Shown here: piece by piece, positions 20,895 to 31,353 of the stretch
How the letters are laid out: the number at the start of each line of letters is the position of its first letter
How positions within the stretch are numbered: the stretch's first letter is position 1
NCBI GenBank assembly: GCA_964645835.1
Contig: CAZYDG010000052.1
Coordinates: 23,877 to 87,876 of the forward strand
Direction: 5' to 3'
DNA length: 64,000 bases
DNA from: an uncultured Syntrophaceae bacterium
Lineage (GTDB): Bacteria; Desulfobacterota; Syntrophia; Syntrophales; UBA8958
Position numbers and translations under genes: made by a program
Notes under the pieces: model-generated
The model's database searches: none
Seen by the model: only the letters and a program-made list of their open reading frames with translations
What the model was told of the DNA's origin: nothing

Positions 20895-23222
20895 GTGATA
20901 ATAGAAAACAAGGTCGATTACAAACAACACAGCGAGATGCCCTTCACTGACAGCCTGACCGGTCTTTTTCACCATGGCTTTTTTCTGAATGTCCTGGCGC
21001 GGGAAATTAAGCGCTCGCTACGATACAGGGAATCGCTTTCCCTGGCCTTGATCGAAATCGACGCTTTTTCCGTTTATAACAAGCAGCATGGTCCTCTGCA
21101 AGCGGATCGGGACTTGAAAGAAGTCGCCTCGATCATCAGTAAATGTATCAGAGATGTCGATCTGGCAGCGCGCTTTGGAGGCGATATTTTCGCCGTTATA
21201 TTGACCGAAGTCGACGCTTCGTCATCCATCAAAGCACTCGAGCGGATCCAAACCTCACTCCGCGAGCGTTACAGCGGCGCTTTGACGGTCGGTATCGGCG
21301 CCGCCAACTGTCCGGAAGATGCCGATAACATGGACGACTTGATCAGCCGGGCCTGGGATGCTCTGAATCGTGCAAAAATTAAAGGAAGAGACATGCTCTT
21401 TTTCTTTCCGAGAGCTGAAGTAATTGCCAAAACCGATGAACCCCGAGTGTTGGTTGTCGACGATAATCCTGTGAACGTCAAGATCCTTGAAGCGATGCTT
21501 AAACCCTTTAAGTATGTTGTGTCAAAAGCCTTTAGCGGGCTGGAAGCCCTCACCATGATTGAGAGGGAAGATATCGATCTTGTTTTGTTGGATATCGTGA
21601 TGCCCGGAATCGATGGCATCGAGGTCTGCCGAAGGATAAAGAGAGGTGAACAGACCCGGATAATACCGGTCGTCATGGTGACGTCCCTGGATGAAATCGA
21701 GGCCAAAGTTCAATCTATAGAAGCCGGAGCGGACGACTTTATTTCCAAACCCATCAATAAACTGGAACTTCTTGCCCGTACCCGCTCGCTTATCGCCGTC
21801 AAGCGTCTAAACGAAAATATGATCGGCTTTGAAAATGCGTTGATTTCGCTTGCCAACGCCGTCGAAGCCAAGGATGTCTACACTCAGGGCCATATCAAAC
21901 GCGTTTCTTCTATGGCCATACTGTTAGGTAAACGCATGTCTCTCTCCTCACGAGAGGTGGAAGCCCTGCGCATCGGCGGCATCCTGCACGATATCGGCAA
22001 GATCGGAATTCCTGATGCAATTCTGAAAAAGGCCGGTACTCTCGATCCGGATGAATGGGAAATGATGAAGAGGCACCCGGAAATGGGCTACCAGGTAGTT
22101 TATCCATTAAAACGGACTTTGCAGCAGGCTCTGGATATTATTCGCTACCATCATGAAAGAATGGATGGTTCCGGCTATCCGGACGGATTAAAAGGGGAGG
22201 CAATTTGCATGGTTGCCCGGATCATGGCCGTGGCCGATTATTATGATGCCCTGATCACGGATCGGCCCTACCGGAAGGCATTGGCGCAAGAAGATGTCCT
22301 GCGGCTGATGCGTCAAGAAGCCATTGAAGGCAAACTGGATGAGCAGGTTGTGGATACTCTGATTACCATTTTGAACAATCCGCCCCAAGAAGAAGAGCCC
22401 GTGGCCAGTGAGATGTTCGGGAGGGAAAACAACGATCCGTCATCCACGGACACCCATACACTTTGGAAGGACAGTTCGATTGCCGTCCGGGACATGTGCG
22501 CGACGGTTTCCGTCGCGGAACCGGTTCCGGCTATAAAACCGGAAATCTTACCCATCCAGCCGATGTCGGAACTGGATATGGCGGAGGGGCTTGCACGGCT
22601 TAACGGCAACCGGGAGCTCTATCTGCGGTTGCTTAGCGATTTCATAGCCGGAAACAGGGATATGCCGGCACGAGTGCAACAGGAACTGCGGGCAAACCGT
22701 CTGCATAAGGCAGTTGAACTGGTCCACGCCATCCGGGGCGTTGCGGGAAATCTCGGCGGCAAGAAGTTGGAAGCCGCTGCCGGGGAGTTGGAAAAGGTTT
22801 GTCGAGCCGCAGGGAATTTTGCCCCTTTTGCACCTGGAGAACCACTGCGCAAATTTATCGAACACCACGAGGCCTTGATCATCGCGATCAATAACGTCAT
22901 TGCAAAGGAGTGCGTTATATCACCGGTCAAATCGGAAAATCCGTCGGGAAACGTTGCAGAACTGTATCCGTTGTTGGAACAAATGAAGAAAGCCTTAGCG
23001 AATGACGAACCACGGCCCTGCAAACAAATACTTGGGACTTTGCTGCAAAAGAAATGGCCCGGAGATATGGAGGCTGCTCTGCTGGAACTAAATCGCCTGG
23101 TCCAGAACTATCGCTTTGGGGAAGCTCTCACATTTCTTAGTAATGAATTTGATAATATCGTGGAAAAAACTAATGAAAAAACTAATGAAAAAACCAAGGT
23201 CAACTCTGCTGGTGGTAGATGA
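20895..23222 (+). CDS. GGDEF(degenerate)-REC-HD-GYP-HPt fusion, likely c-di-GMP phosphodiesterase
   Basis: DSLTGL and RFGGDIF; VLVVDDN; LHDIGKIG and HHERMDGSGYP; C-terminal VHAIRGVAGNLG. Confidence 0.85.
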   Translation: MIIENKVDYKQHSEMPFTDSLTGLFHHGFFLNVLAREIKRSLRYRESLSLALIEIDAFSVYNKQHGPLQADRDLKEVASIISKCIRDVDLAARFGGDIFAVILTEVDASSSIKALERIQTSLRERYSGALTVGIGAANCPEDADNMDDLISRAWDALNRAKIKGRDMLFFFPRAEVIAKTDEPRVLVVDDNPVNVKILEAMLKPFKYVVSKAFSGLEALTMIEREDIDLVLLDIVMPGIDGIEVCRRIKRGEQTRIIPVVMVTSLDEIEAKVQSIEAGADDFISKPINKLELLARTRSLIAVKRLNENMIGFENALISLANAVEAKDVYTQGHIKRVSSMAILLGKRMSLSSREVEALRIGGILHDIGKIGIPDAILKKAGTLDPDEWEMMKRHPEMGYQVVYPLKRTLQQALDIIRYHHERMDGSGYPDGLKGEAICMVARIMAVADYYDALITDRPYRKALAQEDVLRLMRQEAIEGKLDEQVVDTLITILNNPPQEEEPVASEMFGRENNDPSSTDTHTLWKDSSIAVRDMCATVSVAEPVPAIKPEILPIQPMSELDMAEGLARLNGNRELYLRLLSDFIAGNRDMPARVQQELRANRLHKAVELVHAIRGVAGNLGGKKLEAAAGELEKVCRAAGNFAPFAPGEPLRKFIEHHEALIIAINNVIAKECVISPVKSENPSGNVAELYPLLEQMKKALANDEPRPCKQILGTLLQKKWPGDMEAALLELNRLVQNYRFGEALTFLSNEFDNIVEKTNEKTNEKTKVNSAGGR

Positions 23223-24285
23223 CGAGACCATCAATATCGACATCCTCATCGAAGCCCTGGGTGACGAATATACCGTGCGTGCAGCAACGAGCGGCGCCGC
23301 TGCCCTGGACAGCGTGGCAAAAGCCCTGCCCGATCTTATCCTCATGGATGTAATGATGCCCGACATGGACGGCTTCGAGGTCTGTCGCCGGCTAAAGGAT
23401 AATCCAACCACAAGGGAAGTACCGGTCATCTTTCTTACCGCTCTGAACGAAACAACGAACAAGGTCAAAGCTTTTTCCATCGGCGGTGTGGATTATGTGA
23501 CAAAACCATTCCAGTTCGAGGAGATCCATGCGCGTGTGGAAGCACACATGGAAATCCAGCGTCAAAAACGCGAGCTTCAGCAATCCTACGATAAACTCCG
23601 CGAGTTGGAGTCATTACGCGATAGCCTCGTGCACATGATTATCCATGATCTGCGCTCGCCGTTGTCTGTAGTTCTCGGATACCTTGATCTGGCAGCATCG
23701 GAACAGCTGCCGAAGCAGGCGGCTGCTTACATCGGCAAGGCGACAAACAGCACGGAAACAATCCTGGCGATGGTTTCCACCCTCCTGGATATAAACAAGA
23801 TGGAGGATGAACAGATAAAACCGGATTTTTCGGCCGTCGATTTAATAAATCTGGTGAGTGAGACAATTCGGATGGTCGAACCTCTCAAAGGCAAACGCAA
23901 GATCAGTATCGCATCGCCCGAGAAAATAGAGACCCTCACGTGTGATTCGCAGCTGATTCGCCGTGTCCTCCAGAACCTCATCGGCAATGCGATCAAATTT
24001 ACCGACAAGGAAAAGGGCATCATCAGCGTCAGCATTGAGAGCGCAGAACAGGACATGATACGCATATCAGTTGTGGATAACGGTTATGGAATTCCTGTGG
24101 AATATCACGATAAGGTTTTTGACAAGTTTTGGCAGGCGAAAGCGCACAAACAGGGTCAAATGTATTCAACAGGTCTTGGCCTGACGTTCTGCAAATTGGC
24201 CGTTGAAGCCCATGGCGGCAGGATCGAATTGGAAAGCGAAGTGAGCAAAGGGAGTTCGTTTTGGTTTGAATTGCCCATAAGATAA
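23173..24285 (+). CDS. REC-HisKA-HATPase hybrid kinase/response regulator
   Basis: LLVVDDE, IHDLRSPL, NLIGNAIKF, GLGLTFC; in-frame ATGs at 23173 and 23185. Confidence 0.9.
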   Translation: MKKLMKKPRSTLLVVDDETINIDILIEALGDEYTVRAATSGAAALDSVAKALPDLILMDVMMPDMDGFEVCRRLKDNPTTREVPVIFLTALNETTNKVKAFSIGGVDYVTKPFQFEEIHARVEAHMEIQRQKRELQQSYDKLRELESLRDSLVHMIIHDLRSPLSVVLGYLDLAASEQLPKQAAAYIGKATNSTETILAMVSTLLDINKMEDEQIKPDFSAVDLINLVSETIRMVEPLKGKRKISIASPEKIETLTCDSQLIRRVLQNLIGNAIKFTDKEKGIISVSIESAEQDMIRISVVDNGYGIPVEYHDKVFDKFWQAKAHKQGQMYSTGLGLTFCKLAVEAHGGRIELESEVSKGSSFWFELPIR

Positions 24286-24516
24286 TCTGTGATGTCATTG
24301 GGAATAACGGAGAAATAACCAGTGTAGCCAGATACCGGAAATACTGCAACACACCTTTTTCAATACATTCTCTTACGATCGTTAAGAATACATCCGGATC
24401 GGCCATGCAAAGCCATGCTTTTTGAGATTATGCTGTGAAAGGCGTGTCCTTCAATTACTCTGATGCACCCTCACCATCCATTACACTTTACCTACCCCGT
24501 AGCATATTACCAACAC

Positions 24517-24542
24517 AAAAAAGGGTTTCTTAAGAGAACCCC
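24517..24542 (-). terminator. Putative intrinsic terminator on the minus strand
   Basis: Minus strand reads GGGGTTCTCTTAAGAAACCC followed by TTTTTT. Confidence 0.45.
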
Positions 24543-24670
24543 ATTACTTCAGTAATATGATCCTTGTAAAAACATACCGTCTTTGTTAATTATAGAAACT
24601 CTCAAATTATTATTATTTATAAACGAAATAGTAAAATAGATAATGGGTAATTATGAAAGGAGAAGTTGAG

Positions 24671-24937
24671 ATGGATCCGAAAAAAATGATGAAGATAATG
24701 TTAGATTTCAACAAAACAGCGGTTGAGAAAAGCTTCAAGACCATGGCGGTCATGCAGGATCAGGCTGATAAAATGTTCGACCTGTGGCTTAATCAGAACA
24801 AGTGGTTCCCCGAGGAAGGGAAAAAAGCCGTTGCCGAATGTGTAAAGACCCGCAAGAACGGTCTTGAAGAGTTTAAGGCAAAAATCGATGAAGGCTACAA
24901 GAAAATGGAGGAATTTCTGGGAACCTCAGAAAAATAA
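24671..24937 (+). CDS. Small helical conserved protein (phasin-like)
   Basis: AAGGAG SD; MLDFNKTA...PEEGKKA...FKAKIDEGY pattern; the phasin assignment is inference. Confidence 0.6.
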   Translation: MDPKKMMKIMLDFNKTAVEKSFKTMAVMQDQADKMFDLWLNQNKWFPEEGKKAVAECVKTRKNGLEEFKAKIDEGYKKMEEFLGTSEK

Positions 24938-24989
24938 GTCATAAACTCCAAACATCCTTTTCTATGCAAGATGTGGTTTTGTTAAGGCT

Positions 24990-25523
24990 TCACAGTGGTG
25001 GAATAATCAATCCGATGTCTGTCAACCGCGAGAGGAGTTTCATACGGATCATATTCTTAATTCGGTTCTTGACCTCGACCTTACTTTTTGGATTAAAAGA
25101 AAAAGTCATGTTTTTCATCGGTGTTACTAGTGTGGTCTGGCCATTCACTTCCACCTCCACTTCCTGTTTGCCGAAAACGGACAGCAATACCTTGGGAACG
25201 GAGGCAAGCACCAGCCTGGTATCGAGGAGCAATTCGAAATTTTCATTGCCGCTTATGTTCAGTGTCCCCTGAATACGGGAAGCACCCAAAGGCATGCCGT
25301 CGATAAACGTGTCGAAAATAATGTTTTCCATGTTGCAACCGAAGGCATTGGGATTATGAAAAAGGGTCCTGACTCGAACAGTGACATTGTCTCTGTTGAT
25401 ATCCAGCAGTTCAACATCCGTGATCTTGATAAATTCCGGCTGCTGGATCATTTGTTGAGGAGAGCAGGCAACCATCCCCCATAAAAGGAGCCACCAAACA
25501 ACGAATCGCAGCGTTTTTTTCAT
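24990..25523 (-). CDS. LEA type 2 (WHy) family lipoprotein
   Basis: Lipobox MVAC and the HNPNAF motif; start moved to MKKTLRF. Confidence 0.7.
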   Translation of the reverse strand: MKKTLRFVVWWLLLWGMVACSPQQMIQQPEFIKITDVELLDINRDNVTVRVRTLFHNPNAFGCNMENIIFDTFIDGMPLGASRIQGTLNISGNENFELLLDTRLVLASVPKVLLSVFGKQEVEVEVNGQTTLVTPMKNMTFSFNPKSKVEVKNRIKNMIRMKLLSRLTDIGLIIPPL

Positions 25524-25678
25524 GTAATTTTGATTTTCTTTCCTCATTGTTGACTGCTCTTTATATGATTGCCCGATGTGTGTCAAGACGTGACGATCTT
25601 AAAACAGTTCTTTCATAGCGGCAGCAATAGCTTACCTTTTTGAACGATTTTACAATAACGACAAGGGAGGTAACAAAT

Positions 25679-26464
25679 ATGAAGGCTTGTGAATCAATCA
25701 TCACGGAAGAAAAAGATGGCATAATGAAGATCACGCTCAACAATCCCGACGCGTTAAATTCAATGACGCCGGCACTTCTAAATGAAACCTACGACGCACT
25801 GATGGAGGCGGAAGAAAACTCTCATGTTCGGGTAGTAATTATCACGGGGACAGGACGGGCCTATTGCGCCGGAGGTGACCTGCCCTACATCCTGACGCTG
25901 GACAGCACACAAAAATCCCGCCGATACATCCAAGATATCGCGCGTATCGTAACCGCCATAACGGGAATGCCCAAGCCTGTAATCGCCATGGTCAATGGTG
26001 TTGCAGCAGGTGCAGGCTTTAGTGTCGCCCTCTCGTGCGATCTAATTTTCTGTTCCAGATCGGCCCGCTTTTCGCAAAGCTTCGTCCGCATCGGTCTTAT
26101 CCCTGATGCCAGCGGCACATATTTTCTTCCCCGGGCAATAGGTTTATACCGGGCAAAAGAGCTGATGTTTATGGGTGATGTGATTGATTCAGAAACCGCC
26201 AGAAAGATCGGTCTAGTCAACCGGATCGTCGATGACGACAAACTTGAGGATTATACATGGACCTTCGCTGAAAAACTGGCAAAAAACGCTCCCATCGCCC
26301 TGGGTTTGATGAAAAAAATACTCAATCAATCTGACAAACTGGATCTTCAAGCCAGTATTGAGATGGAAACAGGTATCCAACTTCTCTGCCTGGGAACGGA
26401 AGACCACAAGGAAGGAGTAAAAGCTTTCATGGAAAAGCGTAAGCCATTATTTAAGGGTTTATAG
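25679..26464 (+). CDS. Enoyl-CoA hydratase/isomerase family protein
   Basis: AYCAGGDL, VNGVAAGAG, GLIPD, EDHKEGVKAFMEKRKP. Confidence 0.92.
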   Translation: MKACESIITEEKDGIMKITLNNPDALNSMTPALLNETYDALMEAEENSHVRVVIITGTGRAYCAGGDLPYILTLDSTQKSRRYIQDIARIVTAITGMPKPVIAMVNGVAAGAGFSVALSCDLIFCSRSARFSQSFVRIGLIPDASGTYFLPRAIGLYRAKELMFMGDVIDSETARKIGLVNRIVDDDKLEDYTWTFAEKLAKNAPIALGLMKKILNQSDKLDLQASIEMETGIQLLCLGTEDHKEGVKAFMEKRKPLFKGL

Positions 26465-26489
26465 GCAATTATTTTACAGCGTAACACAT

Positions 26490-26566
26490 CAGAAGTGTCC
26501 GCATCTGAAGGTGGTTGCAAGGAAGATTCCTGCGAAAGCGTGGGATGGGCGATTTTCAACAGCCGC
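26490..26566 (-). repeat. Partial inverted copy of the CTGTTGAAAA-terminated MITE (left boundary approximate)
   Basis: 26544-26566 is the reverse complement of GCGGCTGTTGAAAATCGCCCATC, matching CTGTTGAAAAACGCCCATC at 27775. Confidence 0.55.
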
Positions 26567-27739
26567 CTAAATCGTTTTGCGGCTGCTGCGGTTTTGGTAC
26601 CGGGCCGTCTGATTTACCATGAGAATTTGTCCTACAAAGATCACCGGTTTGTTGAGTTTATTCTTGCTCATCAGATTGCGGACAGGCACGCCGAAGCGTT
26701 GAGCGATATCAGACAGTGTGTCGCCATTCTGAACTTTGTATCTGACGGTAACAACAGGTGTTGCGCCCTTTGCCGGAGTTTTAACCAGTTTGGCCGACGG
26801 TTTTGATGCTCTCATGGCGACTGGGCCTTTGTCAGTTGACGAGTCTGGCTTTTCAAGCTTGAGGTCTCCAAAATACTGCGGATAGTTTTTGTACACTTCA
26901 ACTGCGGCAAGAAATTCGGCATAGTAATTCATCGAAGCATATCCGAAGACCCGGCCGCGGTATCCGCTAATAATTGTCGGCAGGTCTGAGCCATGAAGTT
27001 TTTGAGCATTCAACATTCCACCACGTCCATGATTGTATGCGGTAATGGCCAGTGGCCATGTGCCCAGCGCCCTGTAATTGTCGCGCAAGAAACTTGCAGC
27101 CGCTTCACATGACCGGACGGTATTGAGACGCTCATCCACCTTGCTGTTGATTTTCATGTAACGCTTTCCGGTGCCTGACGTGAACTGCCATACACCCACC
27201 GCGCCTGCTTTGGACTTGGCATTTTGAAATGCCGACTCGACGAGTGGGAGCAATGCCAGTTCTGAAGGCAGGCCATGGTCTGTCATGATTTCGCTGAACT
27301 TGTCAACATGGCGTCCGGCTCGGACGACACCATCGCGAAACCGTTCTTTTATCCCATTTTGCTTGTGGATGTTGATTAACAGGTGATCGATAAGACTTGA
27401 AGTCAGCGGGAGGCCTTGAGCAGCGATGGCTTCATAAATTGGAAATGCAGTTGAACTGAGGTTTTCCGGCGCTTCTAGATTGCATTGGATTTCCCGGAGA
27501 GCATTCGAAATCTCTGTGATTTTCGCGTCCTGAGTCGCTTTAGTGGCCACGGTATAGATCAGGTTTACATAAAACCGATCATGAATTATGACGTCATCGC
27601 CTCCATACTGTACATAAACCTTTTTCCAAAAATCAATGCGTTGTTCCAGTCCCTGACTGCTTAATGCAGAATCACCTGCGCCTGCGGGGGAAGCGACAGC
27701 CAACAAGAATAAAAGGATTGATATCACTCGTAATCTCAT
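26567..27739 (-). CDS. Lytic transglycosylase (SLT domain plus LysM), MltD-like
   Basis: LPLVESAF, SKAGAVGVWQF, AITAYNHG, YKVQNGDTLSDIA; signal peptide. Confidence 0.9.
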   Translation of the reverse strand: MRLRVISILLFLLAVASPAGAGDSALSSQGLEQRIDFWKKVYVQYGGDDVIIHDRFYVNLIYTVATKATQDAKITEISNALREIQCNLEAPENLSSTAFPIYEAIAAQGLPLTSSLIDHLLINIHKQNGIKERFRDGVVRAGRHVDKFSEIMTDHGLPSELALLPLVESAFQNAKSKAGAVGVWQFTSGTGKRYMKINSKVDERLNTVRSCEAAASFLRDNYRALGTWPLAITAYNHGRGGMLNAQKLHGSDLPTIISGYRGRVFGYASMNYYAEFLAAVEVYKNYPQYFGDLKLEKPDSSTDKGPVAMRASKPSAKLVKTPAKGATPVVTVRYKVQNGDTLSDIAQRFGVPVRNLMSKNKLNKPVIFVGQILMVNQTARYQNRSSRKTI

Positions 27740-27774
27740 ATTCCCCTTTTCGATTGCGGCAGTGTCTAACAGCT

Positions 27775-27976
27775 CTGTTGAAAAACGCCCATCCCCCGCT
27801 TCCGCGAGGGCAGGCTAACATCGACGTACTTCTTTATGTACGCTGTCCCCCGCTGGCGGGGGTGCAGGGGGTGGTTGCCTCAGCTTCTGCGCGCCCTGCA
27901 TCCGGACACCCCATACCAGGTACGGGACAAGCTTTTGAACAGAATGCACAAGATCGAGGATTTCAACAACCTGCTA
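27775..27976. mobile_element. MITE-like element with nested REP-like hairpins
   Basis: Terminal inverted repeats CTGTTGAAAA...TTTTCAACAAC; internal CCCCCGCTGGCGGGGG and CCCCATACCAGGTACGGGAC hairpins; no transposase. Confidence 0.65.
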
Positions 27977-28054
27977 AATCTCTTGGAGATATACCATACA
28001 ATCTTCAAAATTACAATGCTATTGCTGTTGTTTATCCAACTATACTTCTTCAGA

Positions 28055-30965
28055 TTACGGAATGAAATGGCCCGCCTCTTTTCCCATTTTACCTTCATCC
28101 AGGACATCCCGTACTATTTTGAGCAGCAAACTCTTTCTTATGGGTTTTGCGATGAAGTGACGGATACCCAATGCAGCCTGTTTTCTTAAATCCTCATGAT
28201 TCTGAAATCCGGAGCAAAAGATTACAGGGATATCCGGCCGGATTTTTTTGACCTCATGGACCAGATCGAAACCTGTCATGTGCGGCATAGTTTTGTCCGT
28301 GATCAACAGGTCGTAGGCGTCGGGATGTATTCTGATGGATTCCAATGCTTCAACAGGATTAATAAAGGCAGTTACCCGGTAGCCTAGCGACTCCAGGATA
28401 CGGACGGCAATATCCACCAACGGACGTTCGTCATCAACAAAGAGAATTGATTCTTTACCTCGCAGCAATTCAGGGAAAGTTATTATTCGCTTGTCTTCAG
28501 GGACTAGTTTCACGAGGGGCAGGTAAACGTGGAAAATCGTGCCACGCCCCATTTCGCTGTAAACCTTGATCAAGCCGCCGTGGTCCTCGACGATTCCATG
28601 AACAACGGCAAGACCAAGGCCTGTCCCTTCCCCCTTCTTCTTAGTTGTAAAATAAGGATCGAATATCCTTTCCAGATGGTCCGGCCGGATGCCGAGACCG
28701 TTATCTCCAACCATAATGTCAAGATACTGGCCTTCAGACAAACCCGGATACCGGGCGAGGTCTTCCTTGTCAATGAAGATGCTTTCCAAGAAAAGCTGCA
28801 GGACGCCCCCGGTATCCTTCATGGCATGACCGGCGTTGGTGCAAAGATTCATCAGGATCTGATGTATTTGCGTCGGGTCGGCCATGACAACATCGGAGTC
28901 GGTTTTCATGGATTGTTGAATCTCGATGGTTGTCGGCAGAGATGCTCTTATAAACTTGGCGACCTCCTTCGCGATGGGGACAATTTTCGTAGGCTTCATC
29001 TCATGCTCTGCCTGGCGGCTGAAGGTCAGGATCTGCTGTACCAGATCCTTTGCTCTGTTTGCAGCGAGAAGAACATGTTCCATGCTGGAATAGATCTTTG
29101 GCCGGTCGCGAACCTGATCTTGATACAACTCCGTGTAACCCATAATGGCCCCAAGGATATTGTTGAAGTCATGGGCTATGCCGGCGGCAAGGGTGCCGAT
29201 GGCCTCCATTTTCTGGGCCTGAGAGAGACGCTCCTGAAGTTTCTTCCTGTCGGTTACATCACGGGCGATGCTCTGAAAACCAACCTTTACTCCATGGTCA
29301 TTCTTGATGATGGATACGGATGATTCTATCAGGCGCCTGGAGCCATCTTTCCGGATTAGTTCCCAGTCATATAAATTGGCCGGCTGGCCTGATACATACA
29401 CCTTGTGAAAGATGGTGAAAGCCTTGTCTGCATTATTTTTATCCGTGAGATCCCGATAGTTCTTGCCCATCATCTCATCGGGCTCATAACCGGTTATCTT
29501 GCATGCCACTTTGTTAAAGAAAGTAACGCTACCTTTCAGGTCCACCTCATAATAGCCATCCTCTATTTCCTCAAGGATTTCGCTGTACCTCCTTTCACTC
29601 TTAATCAGGGCGTCTTCCTTGAGCTTGAGTTCCGTGATATCTCTAATAACTTCTATGGCGCCGAAACGATTTCCGTCTTTATCATACAAAGCCGCTGCAA
29701 CCGCCCATAGATGCGCCCCCCGTCCACCGTAAAGGCGGGGAATGTGACATTCGGCAATGATCTTGCTGTCTTTTTTCGTGATATAATTATACAGGGATTC
29801 GACTTCAGCATCGGGCTCATCAAAGAGATCGATAAGGATCGGCCTCCTTTCCCCGTAAAACGGCAATGCATATTCATATCGTCCCCGGTAAAGCATGGCC
29901 TCTTTATTTGCTCCCGTCATCTCTTCTATGGCACGGTTCCAGGCGATGACATTCTTTTCCTGATCGATAACGAAGATGGCGTCGGGGATGAAACTCGATG
30001 ATGTTATTTAATCTCCTGGTAAGGGCTAGCAGTTCTTCTTTTGCCTGTTTTCGTTCCGTGCTATCCGAAAAGAAACCCACATTGTATTTTTCCCCGTCAA
30101 GAGTCATGACAGATGTGTTGATATCTGCAAAAAAGACCCTCCCATCCTTTCTTTTGCAGGGGACCTCGACCGCCGTTTTGATTTCTCTTCGGGCGAGTGC
30201 TTTAAATTGTAATATGACATCGGGTAGGGCTTCAATCGGGTGTATATCACTGACGGACAATTGAGTCAGTTCCTCAACGCTGTAGCCGAGCATGGCACAG
30301 ATGGCAGGATTTGCATCGATGAACCGTCTGGTCTCCAAATCCGCAATTAGGATACCTTCCACAGCATTTTCAAAGATATTGCGATACTTATCCTCTGCCA
30401 ACTGCATGGCTGCCTCTGCATGGATGCGTTCGATCTCTTCCCTGTTTTTTTCCCGGCTAACCGCAAGGAGATCTTTTTCTAGATCATTAAGCCGTTGCAC
30501 TTTCTTTTCCAGTTTTTGCAACAATCGTTTATTGTGAATAAGAAGATATTCGGCATTGTCTGCTAACTGTGGCAGTGTCGCATGGATTTTGCCGTCTTCG
30601 TGTTCCTGAAGAACATTTTCTACAACGGCGAGAAAAATGTCCGGCTCTTCAGGCTTCACGATGAAACGGGAGGCGCCGAGACTAAGTGCAAACTCCCTGT
30701 CTTTGTCCTCAGTGTAGGTCGCTGTATAAATAATGACGGGAATCCCCCGAAATTCTTCTCTCTTCTTGACCTCCCGACAAAGCTGGAACCCATCCATAAC
30801 CGGCATGAGGATATCGGTTATGATGAGGTCGAAGGGTTCTTTCTCCAGATGGTTGAGGGCCTCCAGTCCATTCATGACTGACGTAACTTCATATCCTTTG
30901 CTTTTCAGCAGGGATTCAACTAGATACAGATTCGATGGATTGTCGTCAGCGTTCAGGATTTTCAT
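28055..30965 (-). pseudogene. Hybrid kinase REC-PAS-PAS-PAS-HisKA-HATPase-REC split by a +1 frameshift near 29992 (real or assembly error)
   Basis: ORF 29904-31034 continues as IPDAIFVIDQEKNVIAWNRAIEEMTG into ORF 28055-29920 if one T is removed from GAGTTTC; AHDFNNIL H-box. Confidence 0.8.
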
Positions 30966-30981
30966 GGATTTGTTCCCTCTG

Positions 30982-31353
30982 TTATGGCAATAGAATATAT
31001 TTTTTGATTTGACCGATAAACGTTTCCGTATCAATGGGTTTCTCTATATAATCGTTAACGCCCACTTCCAGGGCTTTTTCACGATCTCCGACCATGGCAT
31101 AAGAGCTGACGGCGATAATTGGTATATGGTCAAATTCCCTGCTGCGCCTCAATTCCCGTGCCACGGAGTAGCCATCCATCTCCGGAAGTTGGATGTCCAG
31201 AAGAATCAGTTGGGGACTTATCTCCTTTACCATTTCGATTCCTTTACGGCCGTCTTTTGCTTCCGCGACGGTAAATCCATGTATCTCCAAAAGAAAGCGC
31301 ATGAGGTAAAGATTCTGTTCATTGTCTTCAATAATAAGGACGACTGCATTCAT
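30982..31353 (-). CDS. Single-domain response regulator (DivK-like)
   Basis: LIIEDN, LLDIQLPEMDG, YIEKPI. Confidence 0.9.
   Translation of the reverse strand: MNAVVLIIEDNEQNLYLMRFLLEIHGFTVAEAKDGRKGIEMVKEISPQLILLDIQLPEMDGYSVARELRRSREFDHIPIIAVSSYAMVGDREKALEVGVNDYIEKPIDTETFIGQIKKYILLP

Noticed and set aside
27664-28189. ORFs of 133 and 117 aa
   Set aside because: They span the MITE and overlap real genes on the opposite strand.
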